A stretch of DNA of 64,000 bases from the human T2T-CHM13v2.0 reference genome, Homo sapiens. Made by a program: the position numbers and the translations under genes. Positions 32,294 through 47,060 of the stretch are shown here, piece after piece; positions within the stretch are counted from its first letter, which is position 1, and each line of letters begins with the position of its first letter. The DNA is taken from NCBI RefSeq assembly GCF_009914755.1, contig NC_060930.1; one strand, written 5' to 3'. The notes beneath the pieces are model-generated. The model saw only the letters and a list, made by a program, of their open reading frames with translations, was not told the DNA's origin and made no database searches.

Positions 32294-33740
32294 TAGGCAA
32301 ACCTTTGAGATACTATGGGTTCAGTATCAGACCACCAAAATAAAGTGAATATCTCCATAAAGTGAGACAGATGAAGTTTTTGGTTTCCCAGTGCATATGA
32401 AAGGTATGCATACATTCTATTGTTGTCTATTAAGTGTGCAATAGCATTATGGCTACAAAAAATATGTACATACCTTAATTTAAAATACCTTATAGCTAAA
32501 AAAATGCTAACGGTCATCTGAGCCTTTAGTGAATGTTAACCTTTTTGCTGGTAGAGGGTCTTGCCTTGACTTGATGGTTGCTAACTGATCAGGGTGGTGT
32601 TTCTTAAAATAAGACCGTGAAGTTTGCTGCATCTTTTAACTCTTTTTGTGAAAGATTTCTCTGTAGCAGAGAATGCATTTTACCCATGGTAGAACTTCTT
32701 TCAAAATTGGAATGAGTCCTTTCAAATTCTGCCACTGCTTTATCGACTAAGTTTATGTAATATTCTAACTCTTTTGTTGGCATTTCAACAGTGTTCACAG
32801 TATCTTCACCAGGAGTAGATTCCATCTCAGGAAACCACTTTCTTTGTTAATTCCTAAGAAGCAACTCCTCATTTATTCAAGTTTTAACATGAGATTGCAG
32901 AAATTCAGTCATATCTTTAGGCTTCACTTCTAATTCCATTTCTCTTGCTACTTCTACAATATCTGCCATTACTTCCTCTACTGAAGTCTTAAACCCCTCA
33001 AAGTCATCCATGAGGGTTAGAAACCACTTCTTTCAAACTTCTGTTAATGTTGATATTTTGGCCTCCTCCATGAATCATGAATGTTCTTAATGTCATCTAG
33101 AATGGTGACTCCTTTGTAGAAGGTTTTCAATTTACTTTGCCCAGATCCATCAAAGGAATTACAATCTAGGGCAGCTATACCATTACAAAATGTGTTTCTT
33201 ACCTAATAAGACTTGAAAGTAAAAATTACTCTTTGATTCATGGGCTGCAGAATGGATGTTATGTTAGCAAGCATGAAAACAATATTAATCTCCTTGTGTA
33301 TCTCCATCAGAGCTCTTGGGTGGCCAGGTGAGTTGTCAGTGAACAGTAGTATTTTAAAGAATCTAAAGAATCTTTTTTTTTTTTTCCTGAGCAGTAGGTC
33401 TCAACAATGACTTAAAATATTCAGTAACCATGCTATAAACAGATGTACAGTCATCCAGGTTTTGTTGTTTCATTTCTAGAGCACAAGTAGAGTAGATTTA
33501 GCATAATTCTTACTTGCCCTAGAATTTTTAATAAGATAAATAAGCATTGGTTTCAACTTAAAGTCAACAGCTTCATTAGCCCCTAATAAGTGTTAGCCTG
33601 TTGTTTGTGGCTTTGAAGTCAGGCATCAAATTGTCTTCTCTAGCTATGAAAGTCCTAAATGGCATGTTCTTCCAATATAAGGCTGTTTTGTCTACATTGA
33701 AAATCTATTATTTAATATCACCACATTCATCAATGATCTC
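32294..33740 (-). mobile_element. Tigger1 3' fragment with decayed pogo-type transposase
   Basis: TA-flanked terminus. ORF 32604-32825 ([14 protein letters not shown]...YYINLVDKA...SNFERSST) matches the Tigger1/TIGD1 C-terminus. Confidence 0.88.
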
Positions 33741-33759
33741 TTCATCCCCTCAACACCTG

Positions 33760-34260
33760 TATCCCATACCGTCATCGATTCCCAAAATCCTATCTCCACA
33801 ACAGATCTCACACTTGACCTCTCCAGTTCTGCTGCCAGCATCTTTCACTTTCATTCCTGCAACAGCTTTCAGTCTTGTTCTACAATACATTTATATTCAG
33901 CAGCAAAATGATCTTTAAAAGTGGAAATTGGATCACTTCACTTATCTGCATACAGCCCTTCGGGGGCCTCCCATTGCATTTAAAATAAAAATCTAATCGC
34001 TCGCTATGGACTAAAAAACCTATGTCCAACCTCATATATATCCACCTTCCTGGAGATAAGCTGTGGCCATGCTGGTCCTCTTTCAGTTCCTCAAACATGC
34101 CAAGTGCTTGCTTCCTCTCTTTTCTTGCATATGCAGTTTTTCTCTGCCTGGGATGATCACCTCCCACTCTTCAGCTGGCTATCGCCTTTTCTTTCTCTGT
34201 CTCAACTTCAAGGTGACCTCTTCAGCTAGAGCTTTTCTTGACAAATTCTAACAAGGGAAG
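33760..34260 (-). mobile_element. L2 fragment
   Basis: CCCATTGCATTTAAAATAAAATC...CTGGTCCTCTTTCAGTTCCTCAAACATGCC is typical of L2 3' sequence; strand is tentative. Confidence 0.6.
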
Positions 34261-35971
34261 AACCTAATTTGACCTTTGACAAGCTCTCCTTAAGAGTTTG
34301 CTCTTCTATTGCTTCCTTCAATTTTTTTATTATTATTTTTTTTTTACCATAGTCTTAAGTGTCACATCAACACATTTCCTCCAAAGGTTCCATCTTGGTA
34401 GAACAGGTTCAGGTTCAGAGTACAGAACTGCTCCTCTTTTTCTCTATCAATGTCTTTGCTAACTGACCTACCAAAAGGTGACAGTCAATGTCTAACAATC
34501 AGAAAAAATGCCAGAGGTCACAGAGCTGGAGTTAGATCTAGATCCTCAGGCCAAGCATTAACTCTTTGGTTGGTGGTTTATGAGGACTTCTAGGAAGTCT
34601 TAAGGGAGAATCCAGTGTGGCTCAGGCACCAGTGGTGGGTATTTTGGGGAGCCTGGGAGTATCTATTTTTGGCAGTTGTGGCTGTGTCCTAATTCAGTAT
34701 TGTAACAAGTATAATATGGCCATTCTGGTACATTCAGACTAAGTATCAGTCAGTCCTGTTTCTACTCAAGGGTCTCACTACCTGTTCTGTGACTCTTCAT
34801 CTCAGTCTTGTTTGCCCCCTTTGGTACAACTACCCTTTATTTTCGTTATTATTTTTGTTGCTTATTTGTTTTTCTGTATATATGTCTGTCTTCCCTACTA
34901 AAATGTAGGATCCATGAAAACAGGGCAGTATCTATTTGTTCACTAAAGTGAACCAATTGTTCACCTAGAAAAAATGCTGATACACAATGGATATTTAATA
35001 CATATTTGCTAAATAAATGAATGAAAATGACTTCCTCTGATTAGTTAGGCTACATTTTATTTTCTATAAGAATATGCAACTCCAAAATTTATAGCTGTTT
35101 TCAAACTTTTAAAAGTCCTAGGTAGATCTTTTTGTAGACTGTCTTATATTTCTTCCCAAGAACCCCTATCATGAAGCCATCACAGTAGCCTTTCCAAGAA
35201 GTTTATGTTTCTAAGTCAGATCTCTTTCTCCACCTCATGCTCCTCTTTAGCTTAAAATTTTTCCTGGTTCCTTTTTTTCCACTTACAGGGAGAATGTTCA
35301 GATCTCTTACTATGCCACTCAAGGTCTGACACGATCTGGGTCTAAATTCCTTTCTAGTTGCATTTCTGTCACACCTTCCTTTATTTCCTTAGTATATCCT
35401 GAGACCTGCTACTCCAAAAGAATGCCTCTGCAACTTTATCCGCTTTGTGGGGCAAAATCCTATTCATTTTTCTGGGCCCAACACAAGTGTGACTCCTTGT
35501 GAGAAACTTTTTGATATTTATTGACCACCTTCTTGTCACGCTGTCCACTCTGGTCCTGATCCCTTCCACTCTGAGGTCCTGTTGTGCTGCATTCATAAAC
35601 CCAGCAGAATCCATGTTGCATTTTGCAATATAGTAACTTGCATCATCATATACTGCATTGTAATATAATATAATTTCAGGGCCTCCTTTGTCAGACTCTC
35701 AGCTCTTCAAAGAAAACAGCGTATTTTATTCATCTTTGTGTATGCAGCACTAGCAGGGTGCCTGGCACACAAGGGGCACCAAGATATGTTTCCTGACCAG
35801 ACCTAAACCATGGAGATTGTTGCCAGTTTTAGACACAAACTGTACAGCAAACTGTATTGAATAGAGCAGGGGTGCTGGAGTTAAGAAAACTTGGGTAAAA
35901 ATCCAGGCTCCATCCTCCTTTTACTTATGTGACCTTGGGCAAGCTACCTAATCTTTTTGGAACTTAGTTTT

Positions 35972-36493
35972 TGTGGTAAGCAGAAAAATGGCCCCCAAAG
36001 ATGTTCACATTCTAATCTCTGGAAAATGTGAATATGTGAGGTTACATGGCAAAAGGGAATTTAGGTTGCAGATGGAGTGTAGGTTGCCAGTCAGCTAACT
36101 TTAAGACAGGGAAATGATCCTGGATTATGCGGGTGAGCCCATTGCAATCACGAGTCCTTAAAAGTGGAAAAGAGAATTGGAAGAGAGAGCCAGAGAGATG
36201 ACAGTGTGTGAAGGACTTGGCCTGATGTTGCTGGCTTTGCAGATGGAGGAAGAAGGTGGAAGAGGTTCAAGAGGCAAGAAGGTTGAGCATCCTCTGGAAG
36301 CTGGAAAAGGCAAAGAATTTGATTCTCCCCTAGAGCCTCCAGAAAGGAAGGCAGCCCTGCTGACATCTTGATTTGAGCTCAGTGAGAGCCATTTCAGACT
36401 TCTAAATGACTGAACTATAGGATAATACACTTGTGTTGTTTTGAGCCACTAAGTCTATGGTAATTTGTTACATCAGCGACAGAAAACCAATGT
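35972..36493 (+). mobile_element. MLT1D-type MaLR LTR
   Basis: TGTGGTAAGCAGAAAAATGGCCCCCAAAGATG...GATTCTCCCCTAGAGCCTCCAGAAAGGA...GGTAATTTGTTAC. Confidence 0.82.
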
Positions 36494-37475
36494 AGCTGCT
36501 TTGACTGTAACATGAGAATAGTAACAGATGCCTTATAGCATTACAAAATATGTATTATGTCTCATTATACTTCATAAGACAATGCATGTAATGGACCAAA
36601 TATAGTGCCTAACACACTGAAGTTGTTTCATAAATTCATTAATTCTCTTCTCCTTCCCTCTTCCTGTGTGAACATGCTCATCTAGTAGACATAGATCTAG
36701 CTATATATAATCAACATACAAATTGTATGGTATTAAAATAAATGTTCTAATGGTATTGAAATGAAATAACCGTCAGGATATAGTTCCCTTATTGTTGTAA
36801 CATATGACAAAGTAAGCTCGGAAGATTACTGCTCATTTATTATTCTGTAGCTTTCATAAAAGATGATTTTTCCTTCTGCAGATTTTTATTGAGCTTGGCT
36901 GTTGCATATTAACTCTTCATTCTTTTGCTTCATTATTTAGAGGCATTGACAATTTTAACACTGGAGAGTTATCTTCAGGACAGAATTACAAATGTTATAC
37001 CTTAACACTAGTGCATCATTTGATCTTAACTGTTGTCCACTTTGAAACTATTCATTTTAGGCCTATTTGGCACCTTTCTTGTTCTTTTTGGGGATGGGAG
37101 TGAGGAAGGGTCAGTGGTTTCTAATTCAGCAGAAAGGTTTAGGTAACAATTATACCAAATCAAGTGGAGGTGCAAAATATAAAATCTTGAATTATCATAA
37201 TAAAATGTTAAATTGTGTTGTGAAATTATATACATTATGTTGTGATGGAAATCCTGTAATTTTAGATTATCTTCAAAACCGTTTGCTTAAAAGTCTTATA
37301 AATGGTAGGGACTATGGGGAAGGAAAGAAGAGTGCTGGCTTAGGACTATAATAACTACAACAGTTCATTTATCTTGCATTATGTTTTATTATATCATGTC
37401 ATAATATAATATAAACATCATACCCTATCATAGCATATCATATTATAATTTATATATTATTTACGAGTTAAATAG

Positions 37476-37598
37476 GCTTTTGTAGTTTCACCTAGGAATC
37501 CAATTATGGCTTAAACTGTTTTTAGTTTAAAGTTTAGTTTATTTTTAGTTTAAACTGTGTTTAAGTCATGATGGATTCCTAGGTGAAACTACAAAAGC
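37476..37598. repeat. Inverted repeat: perfect 27-bp arms plus imperfect extension
   Basis: GCTTTTGTAGTTTCACCTAGGAATCCA (37476-37502) and its exact reverse complement (37572-37598). Confidence 0.95.
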
Positions 37599-37626
37599 AT
37601 ATTTTAATGACTTCCTATTTCTATAG

Positions 37627-38050
<424 letters not shown>

Positions 38051-38719
38051 CCAACCCTTTATTTCTCATATGTATTATTCAAACTTTTTAGACCATGACC
38101 CACAGTAAGAAATGCCTTTTACATTGTAACCCTATGTATACACCCACCCACCCACACATTTAAAAGTTTGATAAAACATTCTATATGTGTGAAGCAATCT
38201 TTTACAAACTATTTTCTAAACTATTTGCCTTTTAAAAAGTGATTGTTACAAAACTTATTATAATAATTATTACTGCCCAATAATGGGTTATGACCTGCTG
38301 TTTGTAAAACACTGTCTTACTTTCTTATTAGTGCCTAAGCCTAAAGAGTGTAACATGGTATACTGATCCATTATCTCTGTCAGTTTTCCTTCATTCGCTT
38401 GCCATGACTATCTTTGTAACTCAGATGACAGACTTTTTTTGTTTGCTTTTTAAGTTTGGGAACCACTAGCAGTGCAGGTCACTAACAAATGTGGTAGGCA
38501 TGTAATTTAAATGTATATACTCTCAACTTAATTTATTGTAAAATGTAATGATTCGTGTCCTGTGAGAAAAGTTGTGTACTATTTTCCCACTCTCTTATAT
38601 GCATTGGCTTTTTGGGAGTCTTGTGGTGTATGTCCTTTTCTTGTGTATTAAGTGGAACATAGAGCATTTTGCTTCTTTTTTTTTGTTACAGGAAAAAGGG
38701 CCTTCACTGTTAGAGGAAG

Positions 38720-40025
38720 CTTTGGGAAGAAATGGTCCTGGAAGCTTATATAATTTAGGAGGCTTTCTTTAAGAAAAGAATACCACATTATAAATGTAAA
38801 ATTAAGTATCAAAACCATTTATTTGGACTAAGAAAAGGACTGACAAGAAATGACAGATACTTAATGACAAACAGCACAAAAAACAACATCCTGAAAAGTA
38901 ATAGAATATTTTTTATTTTAAAAGTAAATGAATACATTTTATTTTATTTAGCCTAATATTTAATCGAATTTCCTACTTTCAGACTTCTTTGATAATTTTT
39001 CCCTTCCATTTCTGAAAGCAAATTCTTTAGTTTCATCTTCATATGATAATGTTTTAGGAATAACATTCCATAGAGAGAATAGAAAGATAATTTAGTCTTT
39101 CTTCTACCATGATGGATTACAGTTTGTTTTTTATTTTTGATAATTTAGAAACATTTCATATAGCTTTCACAACTCATAGTTGACAATGTCATGTAAATTG
39201 TTAGGACTGTTCTCAAATTTGGAAACCTCTATTAAGTTTTTGGCACATATGATCTGTTTGTTTTCAAGGCATTTCAAGCTTTCTAGTGCACTATCCTATG
39301 TTGAGTACTTTGAATTAATGACAGTCATTAACCAGTTTGTCATAGGTGTACTCATTGTGGTGATGTATTTTGAGTTTATATTTTATTCATTGATATCAAT
39401 ATTTGGTGTCAAAAAATTGGGGTATTTAATTTTTTCCAGTGTATTCACATGACTCACTTGTGTTTATTAATTGTGTTATCAAATAATCCATAAGCCTATC
39501 ATTATTTTTACTCTATTCTTCTGACTGCATTTGATATGCTGAATGTTTTTGTTGCAATTTACTTCTTGATATTGAAATAATTTCTATTGATTTTATTGCT
39601 CACTCTGTTGCTTTTGTGTCTTACTCTATTACTTTTTTATTGACATTTTCTCTCAGTTCTTTAAATACTTGATTTAAAGATAGCAGAAAGAACACTCCAT
39701 ATTCTCCCAACAGGAGTCTGTAATTTTACATTTATTTTACTGAAATGTTCTGAAACATCTTGCCAAATTTCAGTTAAAATGTGTATTTCTAACTCAATTT
39801 CCCCTTTAGCTAGATTCCCAAAGTACTCTCCGTCACCAGAATACAACCTGAAAAGAGACAGTGGTCTTGACTGACTAGGGTTAAAATGTCTTGCCTTTGT
39901 AAATTTTACAAAAACATATACCATGTGAGTAGATTTCTAGAGCCCTTCCCAAGGCTTGAAAATGGCTTGTTCGAGTGATAGGCCCTGACATTTCAACTTC
40001 TCATGCTTCCTAGTTAATCTGCTTG
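38720..40025. mobile_element. Degenerate hAT-like DNA transposon (possibly Tip100 group)
   Basis: GAAGCTTATATAATTT...CTTTAAGAAAAGAATAC start with AT-rich body; family assignment is tentative. Confidence 0.35.
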
Positions 40026-40109
40026 TATACAGGGAGAAAGGCCAGACTGAACAACCTCTTGGGACACCATTATTAGAGACTAGATGTGTCATCAAGGCAA
40101 AACAGGGCT

Positions 40110-40530
40110 TCTCTACAATGCAGAGTCAGTTGTTTGTATTCCCTGAAAATCAGGCCCTGAGGCAAGGGTGTGGATGCAGGTTGTTTGTTTAATTGCCCCT
40201 CCTGGAGAGGTAATCCCAGGAAGCACAAGTGAGGAAGTCGGGAAAATGCCATGGGAAAAGGAGAAAGGCCAATTCCAGGGGTTAGGGAGTAGTTTCATGT
40301 TAGGGCTCCAGGGCAACTGGGGCTCAATCCCAGGGGATCTTTTGAAAAACCGTGTGCAGCCCAACTCAGCATTGTCCCACCAGAAGCTGGGGAGGCTCCA
40401 AAGCCCCCAGGCATGGAAGACAGCAGGGGAGGTGGGGAGCTGTCAGTTTGCCTGGATCACAGCTGCAGATGAACTCAGGAGGACCATACGGATCTGGGGT
40501 GGGGCAAAGCCAGGCAGCATCCGCTACCCT
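40110..40530. mobile_element. Old ERVL LTR (LTR33/LTR16-like)
   Basis: GGATGCAGGTTGTTT...GGAGAGGTAATCCCAGGAAGCAC. Confidence 0.5.
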
Positions 40531-40731
40531 CTGTGAATCTTATTCACCTGAGTTTAGGAACTCAGAATTATTTAGAGTGATAAGGACTCTTCAATGTTGT
40601 GGATCTTTCTCATGCCATAAAGAGGATTTTGAAGTTAGTGGACAATGTGAAGTCATCCCTAACTTGCCAGAGGAAGTGTTCAAATCCAAGTACTGAAATT
40701 CTAGAATCAAGACATTTTGAACCAGAGATGA

Positions 40732-41036
<305 letters not shown>

Positions 41037-43399
41037 AAGTATTCTCTTTAAACTGAAAGAAGGCATAGTTAGAATTTCTAATTGCCTTTAATTAAATCTA
41101 TCACCTCCTAAGTATAAACAAAAGTGGTGAAATATTTTTGGATATACCAACAATGAACAGTTCATTAATGAGAATGAATTTTACCTTTCTGACGGTTCCC
41201 ATTACATAACTTTATTCATTTTGAGGAAGGCAAGGGCTGACCATTTTATGCTCATCTACTATGGTCACCTATTAAAGGCTGGAATTATGATAATCCAAGG
41301 GGGAAAATAAAATATTTAAAATGAGATTGGTCTAAGTAGGAGAATGAACATCAGGCTAAGTGTTAATTTTGTCCCATTTAGTCAGCTCCATAAATCTTGA
41401 GAAGCCATTTTTCTTCTCTGTGCCTCAGTGTCCTCATCTGTATGTTAGAGGGCTTGGATTGGCTGATCCTGAAGGTCACCTCCAGTTCTGAGGTAGTCCT
41501 TGAAAACATGAGGACTGAAGCCTGGCCTAAGGCATGGGTCTTATTGTGGTATTGTGGACTTGACCAAATGTTAACCTTTCTGACCTTCAGTTTTCTCCTC
41601 AGAAAAATGAAGGGGCTGGGCTATTCTTTAAGGACACCTCTGTTCTGCAGTCCAGATAAATAAAAGTGTGAGGGGAAAAATCTGGAAAAATGCATAGAGT
41701 GAAGCTCAGCATGGCCACTGGGTGGCGATCTTGTTCCATGTTAAGAAAAATTTTATGGCATTTACCAAGAGTTTCAAAGTTTGACTTAGCATAGTGAAGA
41801 AAGACTTTCAAAAGGATAAAAAAACAGGGCAGCAAAAACCAGAATTATGGGGGAAGTGACAATAAACAGCAATGCCAAATAAGAGACATAAAATCCCTGT
41901 AGCCAAGGCAGTAAAACATAGAGGGGTATATGAGAGTTGTGTTTTGGGTATTATTTAAAGGAATATAGGGAGAGGAGTACATTGTAAATTCACATAGTTT
42001 TTGAAAAACATGACATAAAAGTTAACTCTAACATTTAAAAATTAAACTTGTAGAATTACCAAATACCTTAAGACTGTGCTAGAGTACTGAAGTCTAAACT
42101 TGAACAATCCAAACCAAATCAGTAAACATTTGTTATTTCTTTTGTTTAAATCTCAAAGGAACACTTAAGGGAATTGTAACACTGTTCCAATCTTTTGATA
42201 TTAAATCAAGTGAGCCAATGAACAAGTTGTGAGCTTTTTTGCATTTTATGGGAGGAGGTGGTCTGTCTCACTTACCTTGAGAATCTTGGGATGATTGTTC
42301 CTGGGGCTAGCCATTGCCCCTGCATTGGGTTGAGGGCCATTTCTCGGGGAAGAGCCGAGCATTGGGAGGAATGCAGAGGATAAAGGTTCTCTGATCATAG
42401 TGCCGCCCACCTCTATCTCTAGAAAAGGTTATATTCAAAGAAAAACACAATTTTCCCACCAAAGCACCACTCGGCATGAAGGGAAGAACCCAGAGACTCG
42501 AAGAGGACCAGGTTCACACTCCTGAAGATGGCAGATTATGTCTCATGCAATAAGCCGAGATCTGACAGCCAGAGGATGACTAGGCCACAGTCTGCCATTT
42601 CCTGTTGTTGACTTTTCTGTTCACCATCCCCTCTGGTTTTCTCCCAGTTAGTCCTTATCCTCCTTTTGCTAGGTGGATACAGGTTTCTTCTGAGGGCCAA
42701 AGCCTGGGCCCTATTGCTCTGGTTGCCATGGCTGTTTCTTTTCTCTCCTTTCCTTTGATACATTAGCTATTAGCTTACGTAATCCTCTCACCGGTGGATG
42801 TTCCCATTCAAAAGGCAAAAAAAAAGTTATATTGCTAAGTAACCTTTAACAATGAATACCATTCATTATGTATTTGCTTAATGATACAAAGGCATTGTTT
42901 GCTCTATTGCAGGTGATAACAGCAGATCAAAGACCCCGAGGCCGCCGGAATGTGCTTGAGAAGAGCCAGCAGAGACTGTGTGGAAATTATGCTTAGCATT
43001 TATGTTGCACTTTATACTCTTAAAGGATTCTGCAATTATTAATTAATTATCCCACACAATAGCTCTATGAGGAAGGTCAGTGTCAGTAGCTTTATTTTAC
43101 AGATGAAGAATCAGATAGCAGTTAAGCGATTCCCCCCTTCCCACCTCAACATTTAAAGATCTCATGTCAAAGCAGACCTGGGGTGGGGGCAGCAGGTAAG
43201 TTACAAAGTGACTGAAGAGTAAACAGACTAGGGCTGCCTCTTGCCCAGGCTCCACTTCCTTTGATCTGTCTTTTGAAAGCCCTCTGAACATAAGCTAGGT
43301 TCTGGACTTGCATACTGCCTCCCTGGGCAGCCTAGTTGCTCTTGCTGTGCTTGTCTTTTCTACATATCCACTGTTGTGTGTGTAATTTTAATTTCCTTT

Positions 43400-43434
43400 T
43401 CATTCATTCATTCATTCATTCATTCATTCATTCA
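43400..43434. repeat. (TTCA)n, likely an L2 tail
   Basis: Directly visible; adjacent to L2/MIR-like sequence extending to ~44850. Confidence 0.8.
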
Positions 43435-46364
43435 ATGAAACTTATTTGGGCATTTATTGTAGTTGATTTGGTTAGGAATATAGAAATGAAAAACATGATT
43501 CTTGCCTTTGAGGAACTTCAATTTCTTAATAGGGACACACACAGACACACACTGCTGGAGGACATGGGATGAAAAAGGTGTTAATTCTTCTTGGCAGCAT
43601 CACGAAGGTCTACACTGAGGAGATGGTGTTTGAGCCAATCTCTTGATAATGCCATGCTTGTGATCCAAGCAGCAGGATCCTGATGGTCCCTAAAGGAGAG
43701 ATGATAGAAGGTATCCTGAATGTCGGCGACTTCACATTTGCGAAGGCCAAAGCCTGTTAGGTCAGGCCTCCTGTTGGCTAGTGTGATAGACTCTTATCCT
43801 ATAGTGTTTTAATTATTTGTGTGAATGTTTTCCCTTTTTACGAGACTAGAAACAATTTTAAAATGAGGACAAATTCTGACGGCCCACAGCATATTGTAGG
43901 GAATAACAGCAGGAATAGCTACCATGTATCGAGTAAATGAGCCTATTCTGTTTAGTGCTTTACATAGCTGATTAAGCCTGCCAAAAACCTTTGAGGCAGT
44001 ATTGTTCCCCCACACTGTTTTTTTTTTTTTTTGGGAAAGTTTAAGTAATTTGCTCAAAGCTACATAGTTCTGTGTGCTATTGAACAAGCTTATAGTCCCC
44101 ACATGTAGCTTATAGTCCACGGCAGAAGACAGACATTAACCAATAATAACCATATATCAATGTATAATTACAACCTGTAATAAAGTCTCTGAAGGAAAAA
44201 ACAAAACATGCAGTATAGGAGAAGCTAGCACAGGATGACCAGATCTGCCCTTGGGCCAGTAGACGTGAGGAGAGATATGAAGGAAAGGCCAAGGTCAGGG
44301 AGCGCGTACCTGGAGGTTCTGATGGTGAGGCTGAGTAATGAAAGATACGTGGGTGTTAGGTAGTCCAAAGAGAAAGCATGTGCAAAGGCCCTGGTGTAGG
44401 AGGGAGCTGGGAGTATCTGAGAATCAGCAGGCAGGTCTGCTGTATAGAGGAGATGACTGGAGAAGGAGAGGTGGCACATCTTGTAAGATTGTGTAGGCTA
44501 GGATAGAGCTTGATGTTTAGAAATGATAGGCATTGCATTCGCAGGTTTTAAGGGAATGCATTCTTTGATGAGATGAATAGTCAATCTGGGTGCAGTGGGG
44601 AGAGCAAATGGGAGAGGAGTCAGAGTGTGAGAAGGGAAAGTGGTTAAGAGGGTATTATAGTAATTCTGGGGTGAAATAATGGTGAGGCCAGGGTGGCAAT
44701 GGTACACAGGGTGAGAAACATGTGTGTGAGATATTTGCAAAGTCAAGGACAGGTCTTGGCGATGGGTGGGAAGAAGTGGGGTGGGGAGGGAAAGGAAGGT
44801 GTCAAGGCTGATTCCCAGGTTCCTGGCTTGGACAGGTGAATGGTTGGAGATATATATAGGATGTGGTTTTGTATGCTGGAGGGGGACCAGGAGTTTGAGA
44901 GGAAGGGTTCTTGAGTAGGTGGCAGAGGAATAATTTGAATCTAGGTCTGTTTTTCATCAAAATGTGCTTCTCATCAATTCCTGAAACATACACATATTTT
45001 TGGAAATCCACACTGAATGACTCTTCCATCTTGCTAGTTCTGATCAGCTTCTATTGTCACCACTGTGATCTTCCGGAAGAAATGCATTCACTTTTGTTGC
45101 ATAATCAATAAGTGACATCGGTGGGAGAAATGTCCATCCGGACCGGAAGGTATGGGAGGTCCTTTTTGGGAGGTGATACCTGTAATTCCTCAAACCTTGC
45201 TATTCAGCAGTGAGAGTTACGCTGCCTACGTTGAGCTCTGGCTCAAACTGCTAGGGTTTGAATCTTGCCCCATGACTTGCTATCTCTGTGATGTGGGCAT
45301 ATTGTTTAACATTTCTAAGCCTCCCTTTCTGTAAAAAGGAGATAATAACAGTATCTTCTCCATCATGAAATTGGCTGAAAGATCAAGGCTGCTGCTAGCC
45401 CACAGGACACCTTTGTGTGAATTAGAGAAAGGCTCTCATTCCTCAAGTGAAAAAAGAACTTTTGAAGTTAGTATATTATATACTATCATTAATTACAATT
45501 ATACAAACATAAAGTCATTCTGAATAAATACTGTACATCAAATGATTAAACAATGTAATATTCATTTTGAATTTTTAATTACAATTAGAAAATCAAATTT
45601 ATAGATAACAAGTCAAAAATTTTAACAGCAGTTAATTATAAAATTTCCATAGCAACAAATAAACAAGTGCTCTAATATAATCAGCAGATTGTTACATAGT
45701 AATCTCTAATTTGTCAATTTAATACATACTTTGTATATTATTGATGCTAAATTATATTAGCTATTACCTAGTTATTTGTATCATAATGAAAATGCCTGTA
45801 TACTTAAAATAGAACTCTGCTATCTTACTTGAGTACAGAAGACAAGTGCCAGAGTATATGAAGTATAAAGATTTGAAAAAAATTTAAGATACTAATCAGT
45901 TAGTACTTCAGTGAGAAAAAAATCTTATTTAGAAATGTAGGTTATTTTGAATGTTGTTAGATCATCAAGATCTTTTAATAATCAAATATATTCTTCCTTT
46001 GTAAGTCCAAGCAAAATGTAATATATATCAATCCTATTAAGTAAGACATTTTACTGCCACCTGTCAGTAAACTATCTTCATAAATATATAGCTCTGTCAT
46101 CTTTAAAGTTAGCCAAGTTATGATAAAAATATGAACAGTCTTCAAAATGATAAAAAGGGCTATGATGTGACAGTCTTTTTAGTTGTGCTACTCTCATGCA
46201 ATGTCCAACCTAAACCATTGTATGCATTGGTGCTGGGAAGGATTACAAGAGATAATTCTATAAAGTACTTTATATGCGTAAGGACTATTATACACTGAGT
46301 GATCACTGGATGTTAGTGTTTTATTTTTTATTATTAAACCTATGTTGTAATTGTGGTGTTTTAA

Positions 46365-46684
<320 letters not shown>

Positions 46685-46756
46685 TCTAGTTTCCTTTTTG
46701 ATTAGTACTGAATGTAAATTGTCAGTGTGGATAAAGTAGTTTAAAGAGAGATGCTC

Positions 46757-47060
<304 letters not shown>

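Noticed and set aside
32604-32825. TIGD1-like ORF as a domesticated transposase gene
   Set aside because: Short frameshifted remnant of a truncated Tigger1.
40113-40696. Overlapping 83-122-aa ORFs
   Set aside because: They lie within an old ERVL-type LTR, with no splice or homology support.
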